From Minisyncoccota bacterium (lineage in GTDB: Bacteria > Patescibacteriota > Minisyncoccia > Phycocordibacterales > PALSA-1337): 64,000 nt of DNA. Under the pieces are notes generated by a model that was not told the origin of the DNA, ran no database searches, and saw only the letters and a list, made by a program, of their open reading frames with translations. Shown here in pieces: positions 10,152-18,874 of the stretch (the stretch's first letter is position 1; every line of letters begins with the position of its first letter). Where the stretch lies: positions 12,783 to 76,782 of the forward strand of contig JAGOQK010000001.1 of NCBI GenBank assembly GCA_017991475.1, given 5' to 3'. Made by a program: the position numbers and the translations under genes.

Positions 10152-10611
10152 TCGTTGTAGCCGTACCATAAGCCGAATTCTGTCCCCCTACTCCGCGTGA
10201 AGCTTCGAAGGGGCAACAACTATTTATCTAGGATGCATGTCGCCATGCATCTCAAGCGACTCTCTCTACAAAGCCTTACAGCGAGGTAGAGCACGGTCTT
10301 GCACTGAAGTAAGGGTTTTGCCGTTGCACTTCAACCTTAGTTGAAATTCTACGAAGCCTTACGGCGAAGTAGAACTCCAACCTATAGTTAAATTCATCCT
10401 CCTATGCTCTCGCTTGCGCTCGAGCTTCAGAGGACGATTTTTCCCTTTCGGAAAAAATCGTCACTGTTCGCACCTCTGGGTATTATCCTGACAGGGATTA
10501 CCTGCTACTTGCTGCATTATGAGAGCAATTGCTTATTCCCACAATGCCAGTGTTCGGACTTTCCTCTCTACGAAGCCTTACGGCGAAGTAGAGCAGTTGT
10601 CTAGTACAGCT
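10152..10611 (-). ncRNA. rnpB: RNase P RNA (rnpB), bacterial type A, about 460 nt with expanded hairpins
   Basis: The minus strand carries the P4 strands GAGGAAAGTCCGAAC and ACAGAATTCGGCTTAT. The 3' region GCTTGAG-[ATGCATG GCGA CATGCAT]-CCTAGATAAATAG is colinear with the E. coli M1 P15-P18 region. P1 pairs AGCUGUACU with GGUACGGCU. Confidence 0.8.
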
Positions 10612-10713
10612 ATATCTATTATATCACACTTGGCTTGATTTGACAATATCCATCTTACACAGTATATTAGCCCCAGAAATACGGTTCTATTCACACCTAA
10701 CCAGGAGATACAT

Positions 10714-10947
10714 ATGACAATGGATCCTTCAGAGATGACCCTATTTGCGGGCGGACTTCTTACATTTGCAGGTATCGCAGGTATAGGATTGATTCTGCTT
10801 TTCAAAAAACCGACACGAGACCATCGAGGCACACGAACATTGAGCATGCAGGAGGTATTCCTGATACTGTCGCTTATAGCTGTTGCCATCGGCGTTCTCA
10901 TCCTATTGCTCAGCTACGCCTACTCAACATCTCGCGGTTACACATAG
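10714..10947 (+). CDS. small membrane protein with two TM helices
   Basis: 77 aa preceded by aggaga. An intrinsic terminator follows at about 10961-10997 (ccgctcccc..ggagagcgg + T6). Confidence 0.45.
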   Translation: MTMDPSEMTLFAGGLLTFAGIAGIGLILLFKKPTRDHRGTRTLSMQEVFLILSLIAVAIGVLILLLSYAYSTSRGYT

Positions 10948-11033
10948 CCGCACTCCCTCATTCAAAACCGCTCCCCTTCGTGGAGAGCGGTTTTTTATAC
11001 TTCTAGCGTGCGCAAAACTTTCCAGTTGTCTAT

Positions 11034-13358
11034 TTATACGATTTCGCACACTCCACTCACACACGCCAACTCCTTTTTAAGATCAGTCTCATTCTGCTTC
11101 TCGTAGGTCGTGATTTTGGAATAGTCCACATGCTCGAGCTTCTTGGACAACTCCTTGTAGGTCTTCTCGTCGATAGACTCATACGGAGCGAGCTTGTAGA
11201 CGGTATTCTCGCGCGGCAAGAATGAGAGTCCGCCGACCATATCCCAGTTGTTATACACCCAGTTGGCGACCGCTATCCACTCATTGTCTCCGACCGAAAT
11301 CGTCACTGATGGATTGTGCTCGGTATAGTTCTCCTTGACCATCTTCCAATACTCGAGCTGTTCGATAGCAGAAAGATCATCGCGGAAGATCGAACCTGAA
11401 GGAGCCTTGACCGGAAACTCGAGGACATAAGTGGTCGCATTCTCCTCGGTTTGTCCGACCTCAGGGAAATACGGCACACCCTGATCCTTGAGCATCTTGA
11501 AAAGTGCGTCAGTCGCGGCAATACGGATACGGCGGATATAGAACTTGGAGTGACGAGGATGCATCCCTGATGAACAATCCACTGTCTGAGAAAGGGTTCC
11601 TGACGGCTTCACACAGGTGATAGCAGTCGACTCGTTGACGCCAAACCTCTTGGCATATTCCTTGTTGACGCGAATAGCCTCGGCCTTGAGTTTCCTCATA
11701 ACTTCAGGCTTGCGGACAGCCGGGCTGTCCCACTGACCGGTGATAGACACTCCGAGCAAGCGTTCACGATCACAATGCTCTTTCCATTCCTTGGAAAGAT
11801 ACGGGAAATTGGTAAGTGTGGACTGGTATGTACCGAGAATCGTGGCGATGCGGATCTTCTTCATGAGCGTCTTCTCGGTGTCTTCTGCACGAGCTACGAT
11901 CTCGGAGAGATTGCAGAACTGTTTGGACTGGAGGATGATCTCTCCGCACGGGTTGGTACCGATAGGACCGACGATGTGCTGACCTGTAGCGTCAAAATAG
12001 CCCTTATACTCCTTCAAAGCCTTAATACGACGTTCAGGAAGTGTCTTGGCGAGAGAACCGCGGTTGAATATACCTCGTTCACCAGACTTACTCTCGACGA
12101 GAGCCATCCACTCTTTGAGGAACTCTTCATTGGTCGGCTTGTTGATGTAGACAGCAGAATTGTTGGCCAACATACGGTGCGGATGAGTCATGTAGAATGC
12201 ACCCTTCTTGGCATCACGGATATGCTCATCAGCGAGGTCAGAAAGTGAAATCATGGCGCTACGGCGAACACCTCCTGCAACCACACAATCTCCGATCATA
12301 CAGATGATATCGTGAAGGTCGATCGGGCGGAGACGCTTGCCCTGACGACTAAGCATGACCTGGCGAGTGAAGCCATGAAGTCTCTGGAGCGGAGCCGGAC
12401 CTGATGCCTTACCTCCCATCACCTTGAGACGAGCACCCTCGGGACGGATCTGGGAATAGTCGAACTCGATGTCCTTGCCTGCGGCCCACGCTTTCATACC
12501 GACCGTAAGAGAATCTGCCCAACCTTCTTTGTGATCTGGGATGACATGGGTCGTGAGCTTGTCTCCTGACTGCATGATGATCTGAGGAAATTTTTCGACA
12601 TTGGTCGGCTCAACTGCCCAACCTGCCCCCGTACCGCACATAGAAATGTACATGATTTCAGCAAGATCCTGGAATGATTCTGGTGCAATAAATGAACAAT
12701 TGTAGGCGCAGACATTGGTGACACGAGCAGCCTTACCTGAGAATTGGAAGAGGCGCATCGAGGGCATAGCCTCCTGCTTGATGATAGCGTCACGAACTTC
12801 CTTGTATTCCGCATCCTTGAGCTTGGATCCGAGATTTTCCTTCATGAAATCCATGTAGCGATTGACCGTCTCCACATAGGTCTCGCGGCGATTCTCCGCT
12901 TCGATCCAACGAGAGTAGGATCGGTAGTAGACGAGTTCTCCGAGTGCGGTCCTGAATGACTTCTTGGACTCAGCAGCAAGCTTGCGGACATGTGGAGGCA
13001 CCTCGAAACCCACTGCGCGGAGCTTGGCACGCTCCTCACGATAGATAACATAGTGTTTTGCGGTCTTCACATAGTCAGAACGCATGAGTTCTGCCTCAAC
13101 AATGTCCTGAACACCTTCAACTGTCGGGACGAAGTTGGCAAACTTACGCTTGATACGAATCAGTTCTGAAAATACTTGTTGGCCAACCATCTGTGCATCT
13201 TCAAGAGACCCTTCTTTGACGGTATTCATGCCCTTCCAGATCGCAGCTGCGATCTTTTCCAGATCAAAAGGAACTATCCTTCCATCTCGTTTAATAATTG
13301 TAGGAATAGAGGCGACCTTAGACGACCCCTTCGATGTGGTTTTTTGTTTCTTGGGCAT
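11034..13358 (-). CDS. nrdJ: class II (adenosylcobalamin-dependent) ribonucleotide reductase NrdJ with an N-terminal ATP-cone
   Basis: 774 aa. It has an ATP-cone (IIKRDGRIVPFDLEKI) and the RNR active-site motif TNPCGEI. Confidence 0.9.
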   Translation of the reverse strand: MPKKQKTTSKGSSKVASIPTIIKRDGRIVPFDLEKIAAAIWKGMNTVKEGSLEDAQMVGQQVFSELIRIKRKFANFVPTVEGVQDIVEAELMRSDYVKTAKHYVIYREERAKLRAVGFEVPPHVRKLAAESKKSFRTALGELVYYRSYSRWIEAENRRETYVETVNRYMDFMKENLGSKLKDAEYKEVRDAIIKQEAMPSMRLFQFSGKAARVTNVCAYNCSFIAPESFQDLAEIMYISMCGTGAGWAVEPTNVEKFPQIIMQSGDKLTTHVIPDHKEGWADSLTVGMKAWAAGKDIEFDYSQIRPEGARLKVMGGKASGPAPLQRLHGFTRQVMLSRQGKRLRPIDLHDIICMIGDCVVAGGVRRSAMISLSDLADEHIRDAKKGAFYMTHPHRMLANNSAVYINKPTNEEFLKEWMALVESKSGERGIFNRGSLAKTLPERRIKALKEYKGYFDATGQHIVGPIGTNPCGEIILQSKQFCNLSEIVARAEDTEKTLMKKIRIATILGTYQSTLTNFPYLSKEWKEHCDRERLLGVSITGQWDSPAVRKPEVMRKLKAEAIRVNKEYAKRFGVNESTAITCVKPSGTLSQTVDCSSGMHPRHSKFYIRRIRIAATDALFKMLKDQGVPYFPEVGQTEENATTYVLEFPVKAPSGSIFRDDLSAIEQLEYWKMVKENYTEHNPSVTISVGDNEWIAVANWVYNNWDMVGGLSFLPRENTVYKLAPYESIDEKTYKELSKKLEHVDYSKITTYEKQNETDLKKELACVSGVCEIV

Positions 13359-13540
13359 ATTTTTGTCGACAGCTCTTGTTCTGTCGGCGACACTATGTTA
13401 ATAAAGTGGGCAGTGTGCTCTCGGAATTATTTTTGAAAATAATTATCTCGGTTTGATACCATTGTAGCGCCGAGTGACGCATAAAAAAAGATGTGGACAA
13501 CGACTTACATCACAGAAATAATTCTTGTCTATGCGTGCAC

Positions 13541-14173
13541 CTAAAAAGAGACTATACTGCCCTCTTTTAGGCCGAATTTTTCCGCAGAACCGGAAGGAGC
13601 CTCGAGAACGAATTGCACTTTTCCAGTCGGACCGAAGGTTTCAGGATAGGTTTCGGGCAACACATTTCGTGTAACGCCTATCACGCGGCGGTCAGAATCT
13701 ATCCAAACGATATCGATCGCAAAATTCATGTCCTTCATCCAGAATGCATACACTCCTGGCTGAGGGAAGATGAACAGCATACCCTCGTCGGAGTCTAGTG
13801 AGAGTGTCCCGCTCAATCCGCGCTCACGGGTACTCGGTGTCCGAGCGACATGAGAGTATATGATTCCCTGTGGAGCTCGAAATTTGGTCAAAATCTCCTT
13901 GTCTGCGCGGATGAGTGGTGTTGAGGTCGATTTATTGCCGCCAAATGTAATGCCCACATCTGTTGATGAGGCCAGAAGTGCTCCCGAAGCTGAATCCGCA
14001 TCAGCAAATAAGCCTGTCGACGATGCAAAAAGACCTTTCTCGGCTATATATTCATTGAGAGGAAGGACTGTCTTCGAAGCGATGCCCTGGCGAGCGAGAT
14101 ATGCGAGGACGAAAAAGCTTGCGCCAATGACGACTATCCAAGTAATCGCTGAAATTGTCCGCGAAGTAGCCAT
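13541..14173 (-). CDS. DUF192 domain protein (membrane-anchored)
   Basis: It has an N-terminal TM. The C-terminal segment MLFIFPQPGVYAFWMKDMNFAIDIVWIDSDRRVIG...VLEAPSG matches the DUF192/COG1430 pattern. Confidence 0.7.
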   Translation of the reverse strand: MATSRTISAITWIVVIGASFFVLAYLARQGIASKTVLPLNEYIAEKGLFASSTGLFADADSASGALLASSTDVGITFGGNKSTSTPLIRADKEILTKFRAPQGIIYSHVARTPSTRERGLSGTLSLDSDEGMLFIFPQPGVYAFWMKDMNFAIDIVWIDSDRRVIGVTRNVLPETYPETFGPTGKVQFVLEAPSGSAEKFGLKEGSIVSF

Positions 14174-14213
14174 ATGCTAGCATTCTAACATACAAGCCTA
14201 ACGATTTTTATTT

Positions 14214-14627
14214 ATGGAAACTGTATCAATCTGGCCCGTGCTCGTCGCCTCCATCGCCGCATTTGCCATCGGAGCTGTCTGGTATTCGCCACTCCTCTTC
14301 GGCAAGGAATGGATGGCACTTATCGGTGCAACCCCAAAGGATATTGCTGAAGCGAAGGCGAAAGGTATGGCAAAGTCATATGTAGCCCAGCTCGTCATCA
14401 CCCTCGTCACTTTCATCGTGATGCACTTTGCGATCTCTACGATCGGTGCGACAACCGCGCTCGATGGTGCATTCGTTGCCCTTGTTGCGTGGATCGGCTT
14501 CGCTGTTCCACACGCAGTCAGCGGTATGCTGTGGGAGAAAAAGTCTCTCAAGTACGCACTCATCACCTCGATCTCGACACTTCTCTGCTGGATTGTCGGC
14601 GGAGCTATCATCGCTGGGTGGCAGTAA
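14214..14627 (+). CDS. DUF1761 family membrane protein
   Basis: 137 aa with four TM helices and the AVWYSPLLFGKEWM motif. Confidence 0.6.
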   Translation: METVSIWPVLVASIAAFAIGAVWYSPLLFGKEWMALIGATPKDIAEAKAKGMAKSYVAQLVITLVTFIVMHFAISTIGATTALDGAFVALVAWIGFAVPHAVSGMLWEKKSLKYALITSISTLLCWIVGGAIIAGWQ

Positions 14628-14771
14628 GTAAGTACTCCAGAAGCGAGGCATGTGTCTCGAAATACATTCGCAGGAAATTTCCAGCAAGAAATTTCCGAGG
14701 ACTAGAAAACCCGCTGCAGCGGGTTTTCGCGTATTGAGGGATACATGCCTCGCTTCTGGAGTACTTACTTA
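14625..14771. repeat. perfect 29-bp inverted repeat (14625-14653 and 14743-14771) enclosing a palindromic bidirectional terminator (14706-14727)
   Basis: taagtaagtactccagaagcgaggcatgt and its exact reverse complement. Each arm includes the stop codon of one of the two convergent genes. The centre is aaaacccgctgcagcgggtttt plus two gaaatttcc repeats. Confidence 0.8.
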
Positions 14772-15215
14772 GAGTACAGGAGCGCTCTGGACGGCAGTTT
14801 TCCTCTTCAAAGCGTACTTTCCTGGTCCCATAGCTACAATTGCAAGGTTGACGAGGAAAAGAACGATAACCATCTGCGAGTCAGTGAAGCCTTGCGCCAT
14901 ATGTACCATGAAATATGCTACGGTCATGATAATAGCGAGACCAATACCGAAGAAACGGGTATAAATACCGAGGAGCATAGCGATACCTCCGAGAGTCTCG
15001 ACGATCGCAACGAGCCACGCGACCCATGCTGGAAGACCCATGCTAGTGAAGAATCCTGCAACCATGGTTATCATCATGAGTTTACCGATGCCAGCAAACA
15101 AGAATATCATTGCTACAGAAAGACGGACGAGTAGAAGTCCTGCATCGAGACCGAACCATGATGGATTATTAATTTTTTTCATATCATTATTGTGATTAAT
15201 TCTTGATAAAGTCAC
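14769..15215 (-). CDS. DoxX family membrane protein (start probably the internal Met, MKKINNPSW)
   Basis: Polytopic, with the DoxX pattern LLLVRLSVAMIFLFAGIGKL. Confidence 0.7.
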   Translation of the reverse strand: MTLSRINHNNDMKKINNPSWFGLDAGLLLVRLSVAMIFLFAGIGKLMMITMVAGFFTSMGLPAWVAWLVAIVETLGGIAMLLGIYTRFFGIGLAIIMTVAYFMVHMAQGFTDSQMVIVLFLVNLAIVAMGPGKYALKRKTAVQSAPVL

Positions 15216-15309
15216 CGTATTCTACATTCCTGGCCCGAAAAAAGCTATCAAGACACAACCTTAGTAACAAAAAGGCCGCCCTTCGCTGAGATAGAGCGGC
15301 CTGTGCTGT

Positions 15310-15906
15310 TCATCGTGAGAACTGCTCTGGAATGATTTCGTGACTCATGAGCCTACCGGTGCGGTAGTGCCGGAGAATTCTGACACGGAGCTGTTCCCCA
15401 TTTATCATGCGAGGAATCCATAGTTCTACATCATCCAACATCTCGTGCCACGGGAGTAGGTAGATGGGAAACCATTGAACCTTGCTGATGCCTTTGCTTG
15501 GACGCGCCGGCTTGCTGGTATACAGCCATTCAGGAATAACTGTCTCATAGAGATGTACTACCCACTTCAGAGTCGCGCGTTCAAATGAACGAGGCGACCC
15601 TTTTGCGGTCTTGTAACACTCGAGTACACCTACTCGACGCAGATTTCCAAGAGGGATTTTCCATCTGCGACCAGACTCTTCGTACAATTCCCGTTGAGCT
15701 CCATGCTTCTGGCTCCAATCCGACGGGTTGCGACCACCTCCAGGAGGCATCCATTTGTTGATGCCGACTCGTTTACGCCGGCGGGAGCGATCTTTCACAT
15801 TTCTAGGAGCATTCTTGATGAGGAAAATGCGTGTCTCCTGCGTGCGCTCCGCAGAATCAAATGCGAAGGTAATACTACCGTCGTGTAACGGTTTTTGTTT
15901 TCTCAT
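15310..15906 (-). CDS. NUDIX hydrolase family protein (divergent Nudix box)
   Basis: GGGRNPSDWSQKHGAQRELYEESG matches GX5EX7REUXEEXGU apart from the first Glu. Confidence 0.55.
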   Translation of the reverse strand: MRKQKPLHDGSITFAFDSAERTQETRIFLIKNAPRNVKDRSRRRKRVGINKWMPPGGGRNPSDWSQKHGAQRELYEESGRRWKIPLGNLRRVGVLECYKTAKGSPRSFERATLKWVVHLYETVIPEWLYTSKPARPSKGISKVQWFPIYLLPWHEMLDDVELWIPRMINGEQLRVRILRHYRTGRLMSHEIIPEQFSR

Positions 15907-16007
15907 ACTTCACCTTTCTGTTTCTGCCCCAAGAATACTCCTGACAGAAAATGAAGTCAACCGTACCAGTAAATAATAAAAAGGGCCATCAAGTGAGGCC
16001 CTCTGTA

Positions 16008-16460
16008 CTAAATGCTCTTGCAAAATCCGATCAGTGCTCTATCCGAGGAGAGACGCTCTGTTACCTTTGGAGTAAAAAGTCTCGCGACTTTTCCAATTTC
16101 CTTCAGAATATCCTCCAGCTTCTTGTGCTGAGGGGTTCCTGGAAGAACTAACTCCTTATCAAGGATGCTTCTACGGCCGAAGCGGGCCTCATTATCAGAT
16201 ACGGTGACCTCGATCCATTGCAAGGCTCCATCGGGTAGATTTTTCCTTCCCCAACGTACCCCTCTAGGAACGCCAGTGGGAAAATTCTCTCCTGTGTAGT
16301 CATGCTTACTGATTTGGATTTCGAACCCATCAACATAAGCAGCATAGCAGACAAATGCGCCTCTCTGGCGCAAAAAACTGCTTGGAAATTCCCGGCCATA
16401 CCACTGGAACCCTTGGTGCTTAGAGTCAAGAGTCCCCAAAAACAAATTGATTTTTGACAT
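16008..16460 (-). CDS. hypothetical protein
   Basis: 150-aa ORF on the same strand as, and upstream of, the PD-(D/E)XK nuclease gene. No family recognised. Confidence 0.4.
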   Translation of the reverse strand: MSKINLFLGTLDSKHQGFQWYGREFPSSFLRQRGAFVCYAAYVDGFEIQISKHDYTGENFPTGVPRGVRWGRKNLPDGALQWIEVTVSDNEARFGRRSILDKELVLPGTPQHKKLEDILKEIGKVARLFTPKVTERLSSDRALIGFCKSI

Positions 16461-16524
16461 GTACTGTTTCTTCCTTTCAACAAGGATGAAAACATATTAT
16501 TATGAAAAAGTCAAGTTATTCTCT

Positions 16525-17289
16525 TTATTTTCTATTTACCTGCACATCCCTCGCCGCTTTCCTATACGCGCAATAATCACATGCCTTGGCAGGAGCCGGC
16601 GGCTTCTCTTGCATGAGACACTTCCTGATCTCGGGAAGTGTTTTGTCTACCCATGAGTCATTTCCAGTATAGGGGATGAGATCAATGTCGAAGTCGAGTT
16701 TCGCATCGAAGGCTTCACGATCAGTTTTGCCATTACAATACACAAAATATCCCGTCGAGGACACCTTGAATCCATTCTGGCGAAAAAGCCACTGATACAC
16801 CTCCATCTGACGCTTGTAGCCGATCTGCCACTCTTTATCAAGCGAAACCTTCTCTTCTTTGCTTGTAGACTTATAGTCGACAATCATGACCTCACCTACA
16901 CTGTCGATCCAAATATCATCGATAGCACCCGTCACCAGTAGATTGCTCGGCTCGTGCACATACCTGATGCCTTTGAAGTTCGAACGCCAAATATCGAGAT
17001 CCTCATGCTGAAATGGTACGACATCCTTGAGTCCATAGGCATGCATGAGCGGATGTGGACGCTTCTTGGCACGATGAATGTCAAATTCCTTCTTGAGGAG
17101 TGCATCGACGGCGGAGTTGAGCGCGAATGGAAATCCAGGTGGACGACCGACACCGAGGCGGCAGTCGAGGTAGAAGCAGAGCGGGCAATTCAAAAATAGG
17201 TCAATCTTTGAACGACTTACCTTGAAAGGCTCGTCGCTCGCGGGGTCGAAGAGATTTCTGTTGCGGCGGGAATTGTAGTAGTCGGACAT
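16525..17289 (-). CDS. PD-(D/E)XK nuclease superfamily protein, Cas4/DUF83-like with Cys clusters
   Basis: IVDYKSTSK is the RecB-type motif III. There is an N-terminal CPLCFYLDC and a C-terminal CDYCAY, consistent with a Cas4-like Fe-S nuclease. Confidence 0.65.
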   Translation of the reverse strand: MSDYYNSRRNRNLFDPASDEPFKVSRSKIDLFLNCPLCFYLDCRLGVGRPPGFPFALNSAVDALLKKEFDIHRAKKRPHPLMHAYGLKDVVPFQHEDLDIWRSNFKGIRYVHEPSNLLVTGAIDDIWIDSVGEVMIVDYKSTSKEEKVSLDKEWQIGYKRQMEVYQWLFRQNGFKVSSTGYFVYCNGKTDREAFDAKLDFDIDLIPYTGNDSWVDKTLPEIRKCLMQEKPPAPAKACDYCAYRKAARDVQVNRK

Positions 17290-17329
17290 AGGGCAAGTTT
17301 ACCAGATTCAACAGATAAAGCACGAGATC

Positions 17330-17587
17330 TTAAATCGCCCCCTCTTTCTTGAGAATTTTTACTTTTTTTGCAACCCCTCTATTGTACCCACCCGTCTTCC
17401 CATCCGATCTCACCACACGATGACATGGAATCTTGGGATCATAGTTCGTATTGAGAATATTACCCACTGCACGAGCCGCAGCAGGACGACCAGCTTTCAC
17501 TGCAACCTGTTTGTAGGTCAAAACTTTGCCCCGAGGAATTTTACAGACAACAGAGAAGACTTTTTCGGTGAATGTTGGAATGGGCAT
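17330..17587 (-). CDS. methylated-DNA-[protein]-cysteine S-methyltransferase DNA-binding domain protein (MGMT family)
   Basis: 85 aa with the IPCHRVV active-site motif and LTYKQVA. Confidence 0.85.
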   Translation of the reverse strand: MPIPTFTEKVFSVVCKIPRGKVLTYKQVAVKAGRPAAARAVGNILNTNYDPKIPCHRVVRSDGKTGGYNRGVAKKVKILKKEGAI

Positions 17588-17675
17588 GAAATAAGTGTAG
17601 CATTTTTTATATGCAGGTTTAGCCTATATATTCTAGATAATAAAAACCGGCAAGACGAATCCTGCCGGAGTGAAA

Positions 17676-18005
17676 CTAACGCGGACGACGCCTATTGTTG
17701 CGACGGCGAAGTCGAGGGAGGCTCTCATAAAAAGCGGTTCCTTCATGACAACCACCACACATAGGAGGAGGTTCGCACGCAATATCGAGAATTGCGGGAT
17801 CGAGGACCTTGAGCTGTTCGAGGGAGGCCCTGATCTTCTGCGATTCGCAGAGGACTATGTCGCCTGGCTCGAAAACTATAGTATCGCCCTCATTTACTTT
17901 GACGATATCAGCCCCTTGTGGAACATTGACCAGCGCTCGACTCAGCATGCCAGCCAATGACCCCATGGTTCCCACCAAAATGACTCGTATCCGTGGACTA
18001 TTCAT
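17676..18005 (-). CDS. hypothetical Cys-containing protein with an Arg-rich C-terminal tail
   Basis: 109 aa with MCGGCHEG and an RLRRRNNRRRPR tail. An intrinsic terminator (ccggcagg-attcgt-cttgccgg) lies at 17641-17670. Confidence 0.4.
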   Translation of the reverse strand: MNSPRIRVILVGTMGSLAGMLSRALVNVPQGADIVKVNEGDTIVFEPGDIVLCESQKIRASLEQLKVLDPAILDIACEPPPMCGGCHEGTAFYESLPRLRRRNNRRRPR

Positions 18006-18121
18006 GATCAGGCCTTTCTCTCTGGTTCAGGGTTTAATTCTAAGTGCAATTATACCACTAATGTAGCAAAAAAGCAAGCTTATGCGAGCCTGCTCTTTGG
18101 TACACCACTTGATATACTCCT

Positions 18122-18832
18122 CTACTTCGCCTTCACCGTCACCTTCTTCATGACGATTTGTTCGATCGGACGATCACCGGGACCGACGGGAGTTGTTGCG
18201 ATCGCATCGACGACCTCCATACCGGAGATAACGTGACCAAAGATGGTATATGCATTTGGAAGCGGTGTATCCTTGTGCATGATGAAGAACTGAGAACCGT
18301 TGGTATTGGGGCCAGCATTCGCCATAGCGACCGTGCCGCGGACGTACCCTGTCTTGTATGACTCAGTCGCTGGGTTGAGCTCATCGGCGAACTTGTATCC
18401 TGGACCACCTGAACCAGTACCTGTCGGATCTCCACCCTGGATCATGAATCCTTCGATCACGCGATGAAAGATGACTCCGTCATAGAATGCTTTCTGAGCG
18501 AGAGTTACAAAATTCTCGGCAGTCTTGGGCGCATCTGCATCGTAGGTTTCGAAGACGATGGTACCTTTGTTGGTTTCGATAGTAACAGTATGCATACGAT
18601 TTTTTATTTGATTAGTAGTAGTACTCATGACAACGGAAGCCTGTTGACCGGTCGAGATCTGCGGTATGTTTGAGGTCGTCGCAGGTGTCTCGGTAGAATA
18701 TGTGTCAGCGATTGGCGGTGGAGCCTCACTCGACCTCATCGACCACCACTGTATTCCTGCAAGGATAACGATGACGACAATGATGAGTGCGAGCCAGGGA
18801 AATCGAGGTGATGCTTCTGGTGTTGTATCCAT
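18122..18832 (-). CDS. peptidyl-prolyl cis-trans isomerase, cyclophilin type, membrane-anchored with a Ser/Thr-rich linker
   Basis: FHRVIEGFMIQGGDP and GTVAMANAGPNTNGSQFFI. The start is probably the ATG at 18832 (MDTTPEAS...); the track uses an upstream TTG. Confidence 0.9.
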   Translation of the reverse strand: MDTTPEASPRFPWLALIIVVIVILAGIQWWSMRSSEAPPPIADTYSTETPATTSNIPQISTGQQASVVMSTTTNQIKNRMHTVTIETNKGTIVFETYDADAPKTAENFVTLAQKAFYDGVIFHRVIEGFMIQGGDPTGTGSGGPGYKFADELNPATESYKTGYVRGTVAMANAGPNTNGSQFFIMHKDTPLPNAYTIFGHVISGMEVVDAIATTPVGPGDRPIEQIVMKKVTVKAK

Positions 18833-18874
18833 AGGATGCGAAAAGTTATTCTTAAGGATCAACCTTGAGTTGAT

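Noticed and set aside
10264-10593. Three 28-bp repeats with irregular spacers that look like a degenerate CRISPR array or MITEs
   Set aside because: They lie inside a clearly recognisable RNase P RNA gene (P4, P15-P18 and CGGCTTAT motifs). The spacers are irregular (56 bp and 189 bp), and the copies show stem-preserving compensatory changes. They are reported as a structural oddity of rnpB, not as CRISPR.
13359-13540. Possible cobalamin riboswitch or NrdR boxes upstream of nrdJ
   Set aside because: There is no B12-box (GCCACTG-type) and no AT-rich 16-bp NrdR palindromes. Only a short imperfect inverted repeat is present at the start codon.
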